Virus record (IMG/VR): IMGVR_UViG_3300017960_000001
Location: 30,120-94,119 of that record
Origin: a virus
Strand: one strand, 5' to 3'
DNA: 64,000 nt
Part shown: positions 9,951 through 19,696 of the stretch, one piece after another
Layout of the letters: each line of letters opens with the position of its first letter
Position numbering within the stretch: the first letter of the stretch is position 1
Made by a program: the position numbers and the translations under genes
Notes under the pieces: generated by a model
Told to the model about the DNA's origin: nothing
The model's database searches: none
What the model saw: the letters and a program-made list of their open reading frames with translations, nothing else

Positions 9951-10406
9951 ATGGCGAAGCCGAGGACCTATTACGACGCATTCCGCTTCCGGGCGGAGAT
10001 CGCGGGCGTGACCGCCGGACACTTCTGGAATGTCGGCCCGTTCAAAATGACCGTGAGCGGGGTCGAGGTTCCGGTGCCGCACGGCGCCGTGCTCGAGGAC
10101 CTTCCCGGTCAGGCGAAAATGCAGCCGTTCACCATCGAGGGACCGTTGTCCGAGTTGGTGGATCTCTACAATCTCTTCAAGCAGACGGTCGACGTGGCGA
10201 CCGGCCTCGGAGAGACGGAGCCGAACCTGTATCAGGACATCGACTTCGTGCAGCTGGACCGCGACGGATCCGACCTCGAAATCGTCCGGGTTTTCAAAGC
10301 CTGGGGTATCGATTACGAGATGACGAAGTTCGACAAAAAGGAGAACGACAAGCGACGGGAACTGCTCGAAATGCGGGGGCAGTATTTCCAGCGGCTACCC
10401 GTCTAA
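9951..10406 (+). CDS. Tail tube protein (T4 gp19-like)
   Basis: FRFRAEIAG, LPGQAK and VFKAW motifs; 151 aa after the sheath. Confidence 0.85.
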   Translation: MAKPRTYYDAFRFRAEIAGVTAGHFWNVGPFKMTVSGVEVPVPHGAVLEDLPGQAKMQPFTIEGPLSELVDLYNLFKQTVDVATGLGETEPNLYQDIDFVQLDRDGSDLEIVRVFKAWGIDYEMTKFDKKENDKRRELLEMRGQYFQRLPV

Positions 10407-10457
10407 CCAACGTCCACCAACTCCCAACGAGGGGCAATCGGCAGAGGGAGGTAACCC

Positions 10458-11261
10458 ATGACCCAAGGCACACTTGCCAGCGGGCTCGTCGTCGAGTTCC
10501 GCGGCACCAAAAACCGCGAGCTTGCAGCGTTCCGCAAAACCCTGGAGGAAAAGGGGCACGCGGTCGCGCTCACCGAGATGCTGAACGCTTGCACCGAGCA
10601 GGTAGTCGACCCCGGGCCGACGAACATTCTCGACGAGGACGGCAAACCAGACTGGTCGAAGGCGTTGTCCGGCGACCGGCTACAAGCTGCGATCCTCTTG
10701 CGGATCGCGTCGTTCCCAGAGGGGCACAAGTACAAGCTGGACCTGAAGTGTCCGCGGTGTCCCGCGTCGCGTCCGTCGTTCCCGAAGGTGCTCGACCTGC
10801 GCGCGATCCCGAACGGCGATCTTCTGTGGTATCCGATGCCGGAGGAGGCGATCGAGTCGGTGCGGAAAGAGCAGCCGTTCGTGTGCACCGTCGACGGCAA
10901 GATGGTGAGCTTCCTGCTATCCGACGGGCGCATGGAGGCCCAGCTGGAAGAAGTCTCTCGGGGCGACCGGGTCGAGGACGCGGCGATCGCTCAGGCCCGG
11001 CTACGGATCACCGAGGTGGAGGACGTGCACGCGAACGACGTGCACCGGTGGCTCGGTGATCTGACCGTGGCCGAGTACGAGGTGCTCGAGGATGCAATGG
11101 ACGCGGTCGAGGGAGGCGTCGACATTGCGATCGAGGCGGTGTGTCCCGAGGGTCACGAATTCCAGGCCGCGGTCCCTTTCGACGTGTCGTTCTGGCGGCC
11201 GCAAGAGGGGATGCGGAATCGGCGGAAGGAGAGGCTGGCCGCAGCGCGATCTGGGGTGTGA
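10458..11261 (+). CDS. Tail assembly chaperone (T4 gp26-like, Cys pairs)
   Basis: GDR..ILLRIASF, CPRC, CPEGH, VPFDVSFWRP; lies between tube and TMP. Confidence 0.7.
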   Translation: MTQGTLASGLVVEFRGTKNRELAAFRKTLEEKGHAVALTEMLNACTEQVVDPGPTNILDEDGKPDWSKALSGDRLQAAILLRIASFPEGHKYKLDLKCPRCPASRPSFPKVLDLRAIPNGDLLWYPMPEEAIESVRKEQPFVCTVDGKMVSFLLSDGRMEAQLEEVSRGDRVEDAAIAQARLRITEVEDVHANDVHRWLGDLTVAEYEVLEDAMDAVEGGVDIAIEAVCPEGHEFQAAVPFDVSFWRPQEGMRNRRKERLAAARSGV

Positions 11262-11557
11262 ACGAAGCGATCCGGGTCAGCTGGACCCGGGCCCTAGCGA
11301 CCGTCGTCGGCGCCGAGCCTCTGTTCGAGTTGTTCGACGAGATGGAGGTCGCAAAGTTGCAGCTGGAACTGTCCTACACCTCGCCGCTCGGCGGTGGCGG
11401 GATCATGAGCTACGCCGAGGCGGGCGAGCTTTCAACGCGGGAGAGTTTCGTAATCCTCGACGTGCTCGCCGACCGGCGGGAGGCCGAGGCTGACCTGTCC
11501 GTGCGACCGTTCGAGTACGTGGTGAAATCGATCGCCAAGATGTTCGGAGGTCGGTAG
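11258..11557 (+). CDS. Second tail chaperone ORF (GTG start, or product of a -1 frameshift)
   Basis: GTGA overlap with the upstream stop; abuts the TMP start. Confidence 0.6.
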   Translation: MNEAIRVSWTRALATVVGAEPLFELFDEMEVAKLQLELSYTSPLGGGGIMSYAEAGELSTRESFVILDVLADRREAEADLSVRPFEYVVKSIAKMFGGR

Positions 11558-14107
11558 GTGGCTAGCTCGTTCAAGACTTTCTTCGACGTAATCGGCCGCG
11601 ACCTTGCGACTCCGGTTTTCGCCAAGGTCGGCGCCGGCCTCCGCGCTCTCCAAGGACAATCGGCCGCGGCCCAAAAGACTGCGATGGGGGCCGGGGCGGC
11701 GACGGCCAAAGCTCATAACATGATGGCAAAATCGTTCTCGACCATGGCGGTCGGGGGCGGTTTCCTCAGTGTCGGCCGCGGGCTGATCGACGCCCTAGGC
11801 AGGACCACCGAGATCGCGGGCGAGTTCGGGCTCGGACTCGCGGCCGTCGGTGCCGTCACCCGGGCCACCGCCGACGAGATGAGGCAGCTCGAGGACGCCG
11901 CGATCCAAGCCGGTATCAAAACGCAGTTCTCGCCGGTCGAGGCGATCCAAGGGTTGCAGGACTTGGCGACCGCGGGGCAGGTTTCCGCCGACGCTATCAC
12001 GTCCCTGGATCACGTCCTGAACCTCGCGGCTGGGTCGTTGGGGCAAATGACCGTGTCCGAATCGGCGCAGGCTGTGGTGGGCTCTCTGAACGCCTACGGG
12101 ATGGGGGCGGAAAAGGCCCGGGTGGTCACCGACAAGCTGCTAAGGATCACGCAGCTGACGAACTTCCAAGCGCGTGACTTTGCGGTCGGTCTGTCCAAGG
12201 CGGCGGCCGCCGGTGCGACGTTCGATCAGAAGATGGACGACGTCCTGATCACGATGGGTCTGATCAGAAACAGGAACATCGACGCCTCGGTGGCGGCGAC
12301 CGCCTACCGAGCTTCGCTACGCCGGCTCGGTGCCCACCAGGGAGCGCAACAAGCTCTCCAAAAGAAGGGCATCGAGGTGTTCGAGGGCGAGGAGCGGCAG
12401 ATGCGATCCGCGGTCGACATCATGCTCGACCTCGCCGAGAAAACAAAGACGTGGACCGACGAGGAACGAAACCGGATTGTGGTGCAGTCCTTCGGCGCTC
12501 GCGGGTTGTTCGCGTTCAACGCGATCCAGAAGGCAACCTATACCCGGATGATCCACGGGACCAAGGTCACCCTCGAAGGACGCGAGGCGATCGCCGCTCT
12601 CCGCGAGGAAATGGAGAACGCCGGGGGCACCGCGGTCGCGTTCAAGAAGAAGCTGCTCGAAACCTACGCCGGCCAGAAAACTCTCCTCCGCGGGACACTC
12701 GAAACGATTCAGGTCGTGGTCGGCAAGCCGCTCACCAAGTTGCTCGGACCTGTCGTCGGGTTCGTCACCGAGATGCTGAACAAGTTCATCAAAGCTTGGC
12801 AGGGTCTACCCGAGCCTGTGCAGAAAGCGGTGATCGGTTTCGTGGGGATCGTCGGTGTCGTGTCCGCGATCGCCGGCGGGTTCCTCATCCTCCACGGCAT
12901 CATGAACCTGCTCGGGATTTCGTTCACCGGGTTGGCGATCACGATCGGCAAGGTGCTGCTACTCGCGGGCCCGTTGGTGCTGGCGATCTCGGCCCTCGGC
13001 CTCGGCGCCGGCGGCATCATTCGAACGCTACAAAAGAACCTCGGCGGGTTGGGGGAATCCTGGGATTCAATGGCGGACAAGGCGAAGCTCGGAATGCAGG
13101 GAGTGATCGAGCTATTGCGGACCGGCGCGCTCGCAGAGGACACCTTGAAGAAGCTCGGCGAGGACCGCAACAAGGGGGTGGCGAAGTTCCTCGAAATGAT
13201 GACCGGTGTAATAGGGAAAGCGAAGGCGTTTTTCAAAGGAGTTAAGGAGGGTTACGACTCCGCTCTCGCCGGACTACAGGAACCGTGGAACCGACTGAAA
13301 CAGGCGATCGAAAGTGTGTTCGGCCGGTGGTTCGACCTCACCGGTCAAGGCACCAAGTCGGTGGACGGCTGGGCGGCGAAGGGGCGCAAATTCGGAGGGG
13401 TGATCGCCGGTGCAACCGAGGGCGTGCTCGAACTGGCTACGCACATGATCGAGCTTGGCGGGCAGATTCAGGAGGCAATGGCCGACGTCACGATGGAGGA
13501 CATCATAGCCGGCGCGCAGGAGTTGTTCGAACTACTGAAGCAGATCGCGTCCGCGTTGGGGACGATCGCCTCTGGTGTGAACAAAACCGCCTCGGTGCTC
13601 GGCGGCGGCGGTGGCGAACTACGATCCGCGTTGCTCGGCGACGCCTCGGAGATGTCGCTTCAGCAGATGCACCAAGCGATCGATTTCGCGGCGACGCAGG
13701 GCGACGCGCCGCAGGTCCGCGAGGCGTGGCGGACGCAGGTCAAGGCCCTCGAATTGATGAAGCAAACCCGGGGGTTCGGCGCCGGCGAAGCTGGCGAACA
13801 GCGATACCGCAAGGCCCTCGAATCTGTGTTCCGACGTCAGGCCGCGGCGGGCTACATGATCGCCACCGGCGACGTGGAGAAAGGCACCCGGGCGCAGGAC
13901 ACGGTGACGCAGCTTGTCGACATGATGCTCGCCCGCCAGGCTCAGTTCTACGCGCAGCAATTGAAACGCCCTCTGAAAATCGATTTGAAGGTGGGCACCC
14001 GCGAGCTTGGAAACATCGTCACCGACCTGCAAGAGGAGGTGATCGAGGAAGGGCTCGCCGGCGGTGCGGCCGGGACGCCAGCACCGGCGCCGGCGGGAGG
14101 TCAGTAG
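11558..14107 (+). CDS. Tape measure protein (TP901-family core)
   Basis: [19 protein letters not shown], central hydrophobic helices, 849 aa Ala/Gly-rich helical protein. Confidence 0.92.
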   Translation: MASSFKTFFDVIGRDLATPVFAKVGAGLRALQGQSAAAQKTAMGAGAATAKAHNMMAKSFSTMAVGGGFLSVGRGLIDALGRTTEIAGEFGLGLAAVGAVTRATADEMRQLEDAAIQAGIKTQFSPVEAIQGLQDLATAGQVSADAITSLDHVLNLAAGSLGQMTVSESAQAVVGSLNAYGMGAEKARVVTDKLLRITQLTNFQARDFAVGLSKAAAAGATFDQKMDDVLITMGLIRNRNIDASVAATAYRASLRRLGAHQGAQQALQKKGIEVFEGEERQMRSAVDIMLDLAEKTKTWTDEERNRIVVQSFGARGLFAFNAIQKATYTRMIHGTKVTLEGREAIAALREEMENAGGTAVAFKKKLLETYAGQKTLLRGTLETIQVVVGKPLTKLLGPVVGFVTEMLNKFIKAWQGLPEPVQKAVIGFVGIVGVVSAIAGGFLILHGIMNLLGISFTGLAITIGKVLLLAGPLVLAISALGLGAGGIIRTLQKNLGGLGESWDSMADKAKLGMQGVIELLRTGALAEDTLKKLGEDRNKGVAKFLEMMTGVIGKAKAFFKGVKEGYDSALAGLQEPWNRLKQAIESVFGRWFDLTGQGTKSVDGWAAKGRKFGGVIAGATEGVLELATHMIELGGQIQEAMADVTMEDIIAGAQELFELLKQIASALGTIASGVNKTASVLGGGGGELRSALLGDASEMSLQQMHQAIDFAATQGDAPQVREAWRTQVKALELMKQTRGFGAGEAGEQRYRKALESVFRRQAAAGYMIATGDVEKGTRAQDTVTQLVDMMLARQAQFYAQQLKRPLKIDLKVGTRELGNIVTDLQEEVIEEGLAGGAAGTPAPAPAGGQ

Positions 14108-14110
14108 GCT

Positions 14111-14668
14111 ATGCCGGACCCCAAATTTTATAAGCGATACAAGACCGGCGACGAGGCTTGGCTGGTCGATACCGAGGGGCTGTCCGGGGTGCGGTTCCCG
14201 TGGCCGCCGAAGGTGTCAGGGCAGACGGGAGCGAACTACGAAGAGGCGGCGCCGATCGGGGGGGCCTCGGCGCACCTCGACTTCGGCCACACCGGCAATC
14301 GGGTGGTGAACCTCGAGGCGACCTACAACCGGATCCACCTCGCACACGCTCGGCCGAACGGCAAACCCCTGACCCCGACCGAGGCGACGCAGGTTATCCT
14401 CGACCATTGGTCATATTTCGAGGCGGTGATGGTGCCCTACGAGTTGCCCGACGGATTCACCGGGGGCGAGGCGCCGTTGCTGGTGTTGACCGTTCCCGGT
14501 GTCGTCGAGATGTACTGCCGGCTCGTTTCTCTCAGCTGGGACGTGATTCGAAAAGATCCGCGGGGGCGGATCGTGCACATGGTTTTTCGGCTGCAATTCA
14601 AGGAGGATCCGCAGGTGAGGTTCACCACGCAGAGCATCCTCGAACGCGGCATCGTGAGCAGGGCGTAG
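14111..14668 (+). CDS. Tube initiator/baseplate-tube junction protein
   Basis: Position after the TMP; FPWPP...NYEE...DFGHTG pattern of CIS tube-initiator proteins. Confidence 0.6.
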   Translation: MPDPKFYKRYKTGDEAWLVDTEGLSGVRFPWPPKVSGQTGANYEEAAPIGGASAHLDFGHTGNRVVNLEATYNRIHLAHARPNGKPLTPTEATQVILDHWSYFEAVMVPYELPDGFTGGEAPLLVLTVPGVVEMYCRLVSLSWDVIRKDPRGRIVHMVFRLQFKEDPQVRFTTQSILERGIVSRA

Positions 14669-14671
14669 GCG

Positions 14672-15046
14672 ATGGCATTCCGAACGGACAGCAGGTTTCG
14701 CAATAGCTACGAGACGATCGACGACGACGGGCTCACGTTCGTCGCGGAGGCGGACCCGTTCGAGTACGAGGACCTCCCCGACAACGCGGTGCACCAAGTC
14801 GCAGAGGGCGAGACGTGGCACTCGATCGCGGGCGACCGGTTCGCGGCGTTGCTGCGTCAGCCGGAGGCGGCCCGGTTCAGCCAGCGGTTGAAACCCTCCG
14901 GGTTGTTCTGGATCATCATGGACTTCCAACCGGTGCCCTACCTCGACCCGTACACCCCGCCGGCACCCGGCACCGAGCTTTTCGTGCCGTCGGTCCGCAC
15001 GGTGATCGAGCGCATCTTTGATTCCGACCGACAAAGGCTGGCGTAA
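14672..15046 (+). CDS. LysM/tail X-like baseplate protein
   Basis: HQVAEGETWHSIA...LFWII.DF..P...PGTELFVP. Confidence 0.75.
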   Translation: MAFRTDSRFRNSYETIDDDGLTFVAEADPFEYEDLPDNAVHQVAEGETWHSIAGDRFAALLRQPEAARFSQRLKPSGLFWIIMDFQPVPYLDPYTPPAPGTELFVPSVRTVIERIFDSDRQRLA

Positions 15047-16425
15047 TGGGTAGCGGCCCCGTCATCTGGCTGTCGTTGATCCAATCCGACGAGGGCGGGG
15101 ACGAAACGCTCGAGCTGGTACAGGACCGGCTCGAATCCTTCACCTTCATCGACCGCGACCGGGGCAAGGATGTGTGCGAGCTTCGGTTCCGCGATCGGGA
15201 CATGGCGCTGCTCGACAACCCCGCTTTCCGCAAGGGACAGAAGCTCGCGGTGACGTGGGGTTGGCCGGACAACATCGCCACCCCGCGACGGATGATCGTG
15301 AAGCGCACAAAGGAAGTGAACCTCGTCAAGCTGCTCGACGAGTCCGTGCTGCTCGACCGCTCTCGGAAGTCCCGGGTGTGGCACGATGTCTACGACTCTG
15401 ATGTGGTCTACCAGATTGCCGAGGAGAACGGCTACGAGGGGATTCTGGCGGACGTACTCCAAACGTTTGTCATCCGTCACGCGATCACGCAGGAGGGCAC
15501 AGACGCCGCCCTGCTCAACCAGCTGGCGCGTCGCAACGGGTTCGTCTGGTACATCGACGCAGCCGGGCTCCATTTCCACCCTCGGCGGTGGGGCGTCGAA
15601 CCGACTCACTTCTTCACCTACGTGAACGCGCCCGGGCTCGGCGACGTGCTCTCGCCGCCGGTGATTCAGGGGAATGTGCAGGACGTCTCGAAGATCCGGG
15701 TGGTCGCGCGGGACCCGATCACCAAGGAAACCGTCGAGGCCGAGGTCGGCGCCACCACCGACGACGAAACCCTCGGCGACTACCTCGAACACTACTACTC
15801 GCTCGGCGACGACGAGGAGATCGGCGACCCCGACAACCCGGACGGGCGACGGCAAGCGAGGGCGTCGTCGAAGGAAACGATCAACATCGGCCTCGCCACG
15901 CAGGAGGAGGTGTCGAACGAGGCCGCGGCCCGGTATTTCGAGACGGCTCAGGGACGGTACAAAATGGAGGTGACGCTGCGCGGTAACCCGCAGGTCGGGG
16001 CGAAGCAGCTGCACTATTTCAAGCTTCCGTCCGAGGCTTTCACCGGGCTATACTACTGCACCGAGGCGCGCACCGAAATCACTCCCGGTAGCTACAAAAT
16101 CATGGGGAAATACAGGAAGGACGCGCTCGGAAAGTTGGCGGCGAAGAAGGTCCTCTCGGTCGGCCGGAAGAAGAACAAGAAACCGGCCGACGTTCCGCTC
16201 GACGAGAACGGTCAACCGGCGGACACGTCGTCCCTCGAAAAGATGCTGACGTGGGGAGAGGAGAACGGGCAACCTGTGCCGAAGTGGCAATACAAAGACA
16301 AGTCGGGGACGTCGGTCGGTAGCAGTACAGCGGTCACCGCGGCCGAATGGTCGGCGCTACCGGCGAACCAACGCGACGACCTGATCAGCAAGTCCGCGGG
16401 CGGGCTCGTCCTGCCGGGAGAATAG
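15046..16425 (+). CDS. Baseplate hub (late control D-like)
   Basis: D.CELRF, TDAALLNQLARRNGF, GNPQV..., FTGLYY motifs. Confidence 0.8.
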   Translation: MGSGPVIWLSLIQSDEGGDETLELVQDRLESFTFIDRDRGKDVCELRFRDRDMALLDNPAFRKGQKLAVTWGWPDNIATPRRMIVKRTKEVNLVKLLDESVLLDRSRKSRVWHDVYDSDVVYQIAEENGYEGILADVLQTFVIRHAITQEGTDAALLNQLARRNGFVWYIDAAGLHFHPRRWGVEPTHFFTYVNAPGLGDVLSPPVIQGNVQDVSKIRVVARDPITKETVEAEVGATTDDETLGDYLEHYYSLGDDEEIGDPDNPDGRRQARASSKETINIGLATQEEVSNEAAARYFETAQGRYKMEVTLRGNPQVGAKQLHYFKLPSEAFTGLYYCTEARTEITPGSYKIMGKYRKDALGKLAAKKVLSVGRKKNKKPADVPLDENGQPADTSSLEKMLTWGEENGQPVPKWQYKDKSGTSVGSSTAVTAAEWSALPANQRDDLISKSAGGLVLPGE

Positions 16426-16428
16426 GCG

Positions 16429-17016
16429 ATGGAGCTTCCTCACTGGGGCCCCTACATGGGGACGATCCTGAAGCGGGAGAATGACCCGGACGACGACCCG
16501 GCGACCACCTTCGCCGAGGACGATTTGATCGGCCGGATCAAGGTCAGCATCCCGGGGTGGATCGAGGAGACAGCCTGGGCCCAGCCGCTCGGATGGGGCG
16601 GGTCTGCACAATTCGGGATCAACGCGGTTCCGCCGATCGGTGCAGACGTGGCGGTGTTCTTCCCGAACGGCAAGATCGACCGGCCGCTTTGGATCGCCGG
16701 GCCGCCCGGACGGGGCGAGGTGTTTCCTGAGTTCGTCCACCCGGACGTGATGGTGATGGGGACCGAGAGCTTCCGGTTCGTGCACGACCAACGCGAGGGC
16801 CAGCGGTTCGCCGCGTTGCGGGTAATCAAAACGATCGGCGACGCCGAGGAGGCCGTCGTCGAGGTGCTGTTCAATATTGAGGAAAACGGTCTACGGGTGT
16901 TCTGCGAGTCGGCGCTCGGGCTCGAAAGTGGGAGCCTGATCAACGCCGACGCCAACGGCGGGGACATCCAGATTCGAGGTCGGAAAGTGCTGCCGAGCAG
17001 CAAGCCGATCCAATGA
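16429..17016 (+). CDS. Baseplate spike (gpV-like OB fold)
   Basis: GRIKVSIPG..ETAWAQP, VPPIGADVAVFFPNGKIDRPLW. Confidence 0.85.
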   Translation: MELPHWGPYMGTILKRENDPDDDPATTFAEDDLIGRIKVSIPGWIEETAWAQPLGWGGSAQFGINAVPPIGADVAVFFPNGKIDRPLWIAGPPGRGEVFPEFVHPDVMVMGTESFRFVHDQREGQRFAALRVIKTIGDAEEAVVEVLFNIEENGLRVFCESALGLESGSLINADANGGDIQIRGRKVLPSSKPIQ

Positions 17017-17025
17017 GGTAGCGAC

Positions 17026-17805
17026 GTGCCAGTGTGGGCCCCCAGCGGTGACGTGATCTGCTTCCCGGTGCCGGACATCCCGAGCACCGACGACCTCTGC
17101 TTCCCGGGCGGGTTCTGCCTGTCCCACGTGTGGAACGGGATCAATCAGATTCCGAGCGCGGCCGACGTGTGGCTGCAATTCTACTCGCAGATCGGGCCGG
17201 CGATGTCATTCCTGGCTCCGTTCTTCAACGTGCTCGACACGTGCCTCGCAATCTTCCGCTGCGTGCAGGCGGTGCCCGACGCGATCACGAATCTCGACCC
17301 CACCGAGTTGTTCCAGTGTGTCCCCGAGCTTGTCGAAAAAATCAACGATCTGCTCGGGTTGATTCCCCAACTCTCGATCCCGCGAATGGTGAAACGGATC
17401 CTCGAAGGGTTGGCGACTCTGCTCCGGGCGGTCGCGTCGGACCTGCAATACATCCAACAGCAACTAGCCAGAATCGCAGACCAAATCGATCGGGCCGCGG
17501 ACCTCAACGACGTGACTATGTCGGGGTTCCTCAGCTGCGCCGAGTCGACGGTGAACGACACCACGTTGAGCACCGCCGAGGCGTTGAAGGGGATCGGCCG
17601 GATCATCCTCCTCTGCAACCTGCTAATTTCTCTGTTCGGCGGCCCAGAGATCCCGTGCTTCTCGTCGTTGTTGGAGGACCTCGACGTGCTCGACACGGTG
17701 ATCGATGCGTTGCTATTGCTGGCGAATTTGATCGACGAGATCGCCGACATGATACCGGACCCGCAGCTGGCGATCACGTTGCTGCTCGAAAGTCAGGAGT
17801 GCTAG
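17026..17805 (+). CDS. Hydrophobic helical, Cys-containing baseplate-associated protein
   Basis: Between spike and gp25-like gene; GAGG SD. Confidence 0.7.
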   Translation: MPVWAPSGDVICFPVPDIPSTDDLCFPGGFCLSHVWNGINQIPSAADVWLQFYSQIGPAMSFLAPFFNVLDTCLAIFRCVQAVPDAITNLDPTELFQCVPELVEKINDLLGLIPQLSIPRMVKRILEGLATLLRAVASDLQYIQQQLARIADQIDRAADLNDVTMSGFLSCAESTVNDTTLSTAEALKGIGRIILLCNLLISLFGGPEIPCFSSLLEDLDVLDTVIDALLLLANLIDEIADMIPDPQLAITLLLESQEC

Positions 17806-18183
17806 ATGTCAAGTGACCGACACGGATTCGGGATCGCGGTTCCGCTGACCGTCGGGTCGACCGACCTGATCCTCGTCCGCGGCAACGACCTGCTCGCGTC
17901 GGCGGTGCTCATGTCGCTGTCGATCCACCGGGGCGAGCTACGCTACGACACCACAAAGGGATCGCGGCTCCGCGAGTTGAAGCACAGGCACTTCCCGGGG
18001 ACCACCGGCGACGCCGTGGCGACCTCGCTTGTGTCCGAGGTGCTGACCCGCGAGGAACCGGCGATCCAAGTGTCGCCGGCCGAGGTCGACCGGGACAAGG
18101 ACGAGTTCAAGGTCTTGGTGTCCTACACCGAAAAAAGCTATGATGGGGCAGACTCGCGTCGCACCGTAACCTTGGAGGTTTAG
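17806..18183 (+). CDS. gpW/gp25-like baseplate wedge protein
   Basis: GELRYDTTKGSRL...VLTREEPAI. Confidence 0.8.
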   Translation: MSSDRHGFGIAVPLTVGSTDLILVRGNDLLASAVLMSLSIHRGELRYDTTKGSRLRELKHRHFPGTTGDAVATSLVSEVLTREEPAIQVSPAEVDRDKDEFKVLVSYTEKSYDGADSRRTVTLEV

Positions 18184-18184
18184 C

Positions 18185-19696
18185 ATGGCCGCACCCGCGA
18201 TCGACTACGACCGCACCGCCCGGGACTTCGACAGTCTCGACGATCGGCTGTGGGATCTCATGTTGTCGGTGTTTCCCAACCTGACCGACCGCGACCGCAA
18301 CAACACTCTCAACCTGCTACGGTGGGCCTTCTCGGACGCCGGCAACAACAACGACTATTACATGAGCAGGTTGTTCCGTCAGGCATTCGTGCCGACCTGC
18401 ACCGAGCGAAAATGGATGCAGATCCTGGGTCGCCGGACCGGGTACGAGTTGGGCGGCGTCGGGGCGGCGTCGGTGGACCTCACCATAACGCTTCAGAATG
18501 GCCCCCTCGCCGGCGATGTGACGATCCCGGCCGGTACATTGATCCGAACGAAGGACGCGACTGCGCCGGTGATAGGAGAGCTTCAGGCGGACGTGGTGAT
18601 CACCGCGGGCTCGACCTCGGCGACCGGCAGCTGGCGCCACGCGCAGAGCCGAACGTACACCGCGACGTCGAACGGGCTCGCCGATCAGGAGTTCTACCTG
18701 CCGGAGGGATCCTACATCGACGGGTCGGCCGCTTTCTCGACGGTGCTCGGCGCATGGGAGGAGCAGGACACGCTGGCCTTCTCGTCCGGCATCGATCGGG
18801 ACTTCACGATCCGGGTCGACCAGAACGATCGCGCCACCGTCCGCACCGGCGACGGGGTTAACGGGGCGATCCCTCAGGCTGGCAGCTTCACCATCTCCTA
18901 CGAGATTGGAGGGGGCGAGGCCGGCAACGTCGACCCGGGCTCGCTCGAGCGCATGCCGTCCGGGTTCACCGATTCCTTCGGGACGACCGCGGTGCTGACC
19001 GTCACCAACGCCGAGGCGGCCGACGGCGGGACGGCGCGCGAGACTGTGAACGCGGCGCGGATCCAGATTCCGCTGACCAACACGGCGGCGAGAACGTCGA
19101 CCACCCGCGAGGACTTCGAGGTTCACGCGCTGGAAATCGTCGGGGTCGCCCGGGCGCTCATGTTGACCGCCGACGAGGCGAGCTTCGTCCCCGAAAACGA
19201 GGGCCGGCTGTACGTCGTCCCGACCGGCGGCGGCACCCCGTCCTCTGACCTACTCGCTCTGGTCGAAACGGCGGTGACGGAAACCTACCCACCGCCCCCG
19301 ACGTTCGAGACTCTCGTCGTCGCTCCGACCTACCTCGACATCGACGTGGTCGCGTGGATCTGGCTGGCCGAGGGCTACTCCGCGGCGGCGGTCAAGGCAT
19401 CGATCGAGGCGAACCTCGAGGCGTGGTTCTCTCCGCTCGACACCGACGGATCGCCAAACGCCAACGTCGACTTCGGCTACAACTTCAAGGACGCCGACGG
19501 GGCGCCCTCCGGCGAGGTTCCGTGGTCGGACATCTTCAACGAGGTGCGCGATACGACCGGGGTGAGGAAGGTGGGCGCCGGCGCCGACGACTTCACCCTC
19601 AACGGCGCGCGAGCGGACGTGTCGATCGCAAACCATGAGTTCCCGCGGCTCGGCACGGTGACGATCTACAACGGGGAAACCGGGACGGTGATCTAA
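18185..19696 (+). CDS. Baseplate J-like protein
   Basis: RDFDSL, GDGVNGAIP, GGGEAGNV, TTREDFE motifs. Confidence 0.88.
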   Translation: MAAPAIDYDRTARDFDSLDDRLWDLMLSVFPNLTDRDRNNTLNLLRWAFSDAGNNNDYYMSRLFRQAFVPTCTERKWMQILGRRTGYELGGVGAASVDLTITLQNGPLAGDVTIPAGTLIRTKDATAPVIGELQADVVITAGSTSATGSWRHAQSRTYTATSNGLADQEFYLPEGSYIDGSAAFSTVLGAWEEQDTLAFSSGIDRDFTIRVDQNDRATVRTGDGVNGAIPQAGSFTISYEIGGGEAGNVDPGSLERMPSGFTDSFGTTAVLTVTNAEAADGGTARETVNAARIQIPLTNTAARTSTTREDFEVHALEIVGVARALMLTADEASFVPENEGRLYVVPTGGGTPSSDLLALVETAVTETYPPPPTFETLVVAPTYLDIDVVAWIWLAEGYSAAAVKASIEANLEAWFSPLDTDGSPNANVDFGYNFKDADGAPSGEVPWSDIFNEVRDTTGVRKVGAGADDFTLNGARADVSIANHEFPRLGTVTIYNGETGTVI

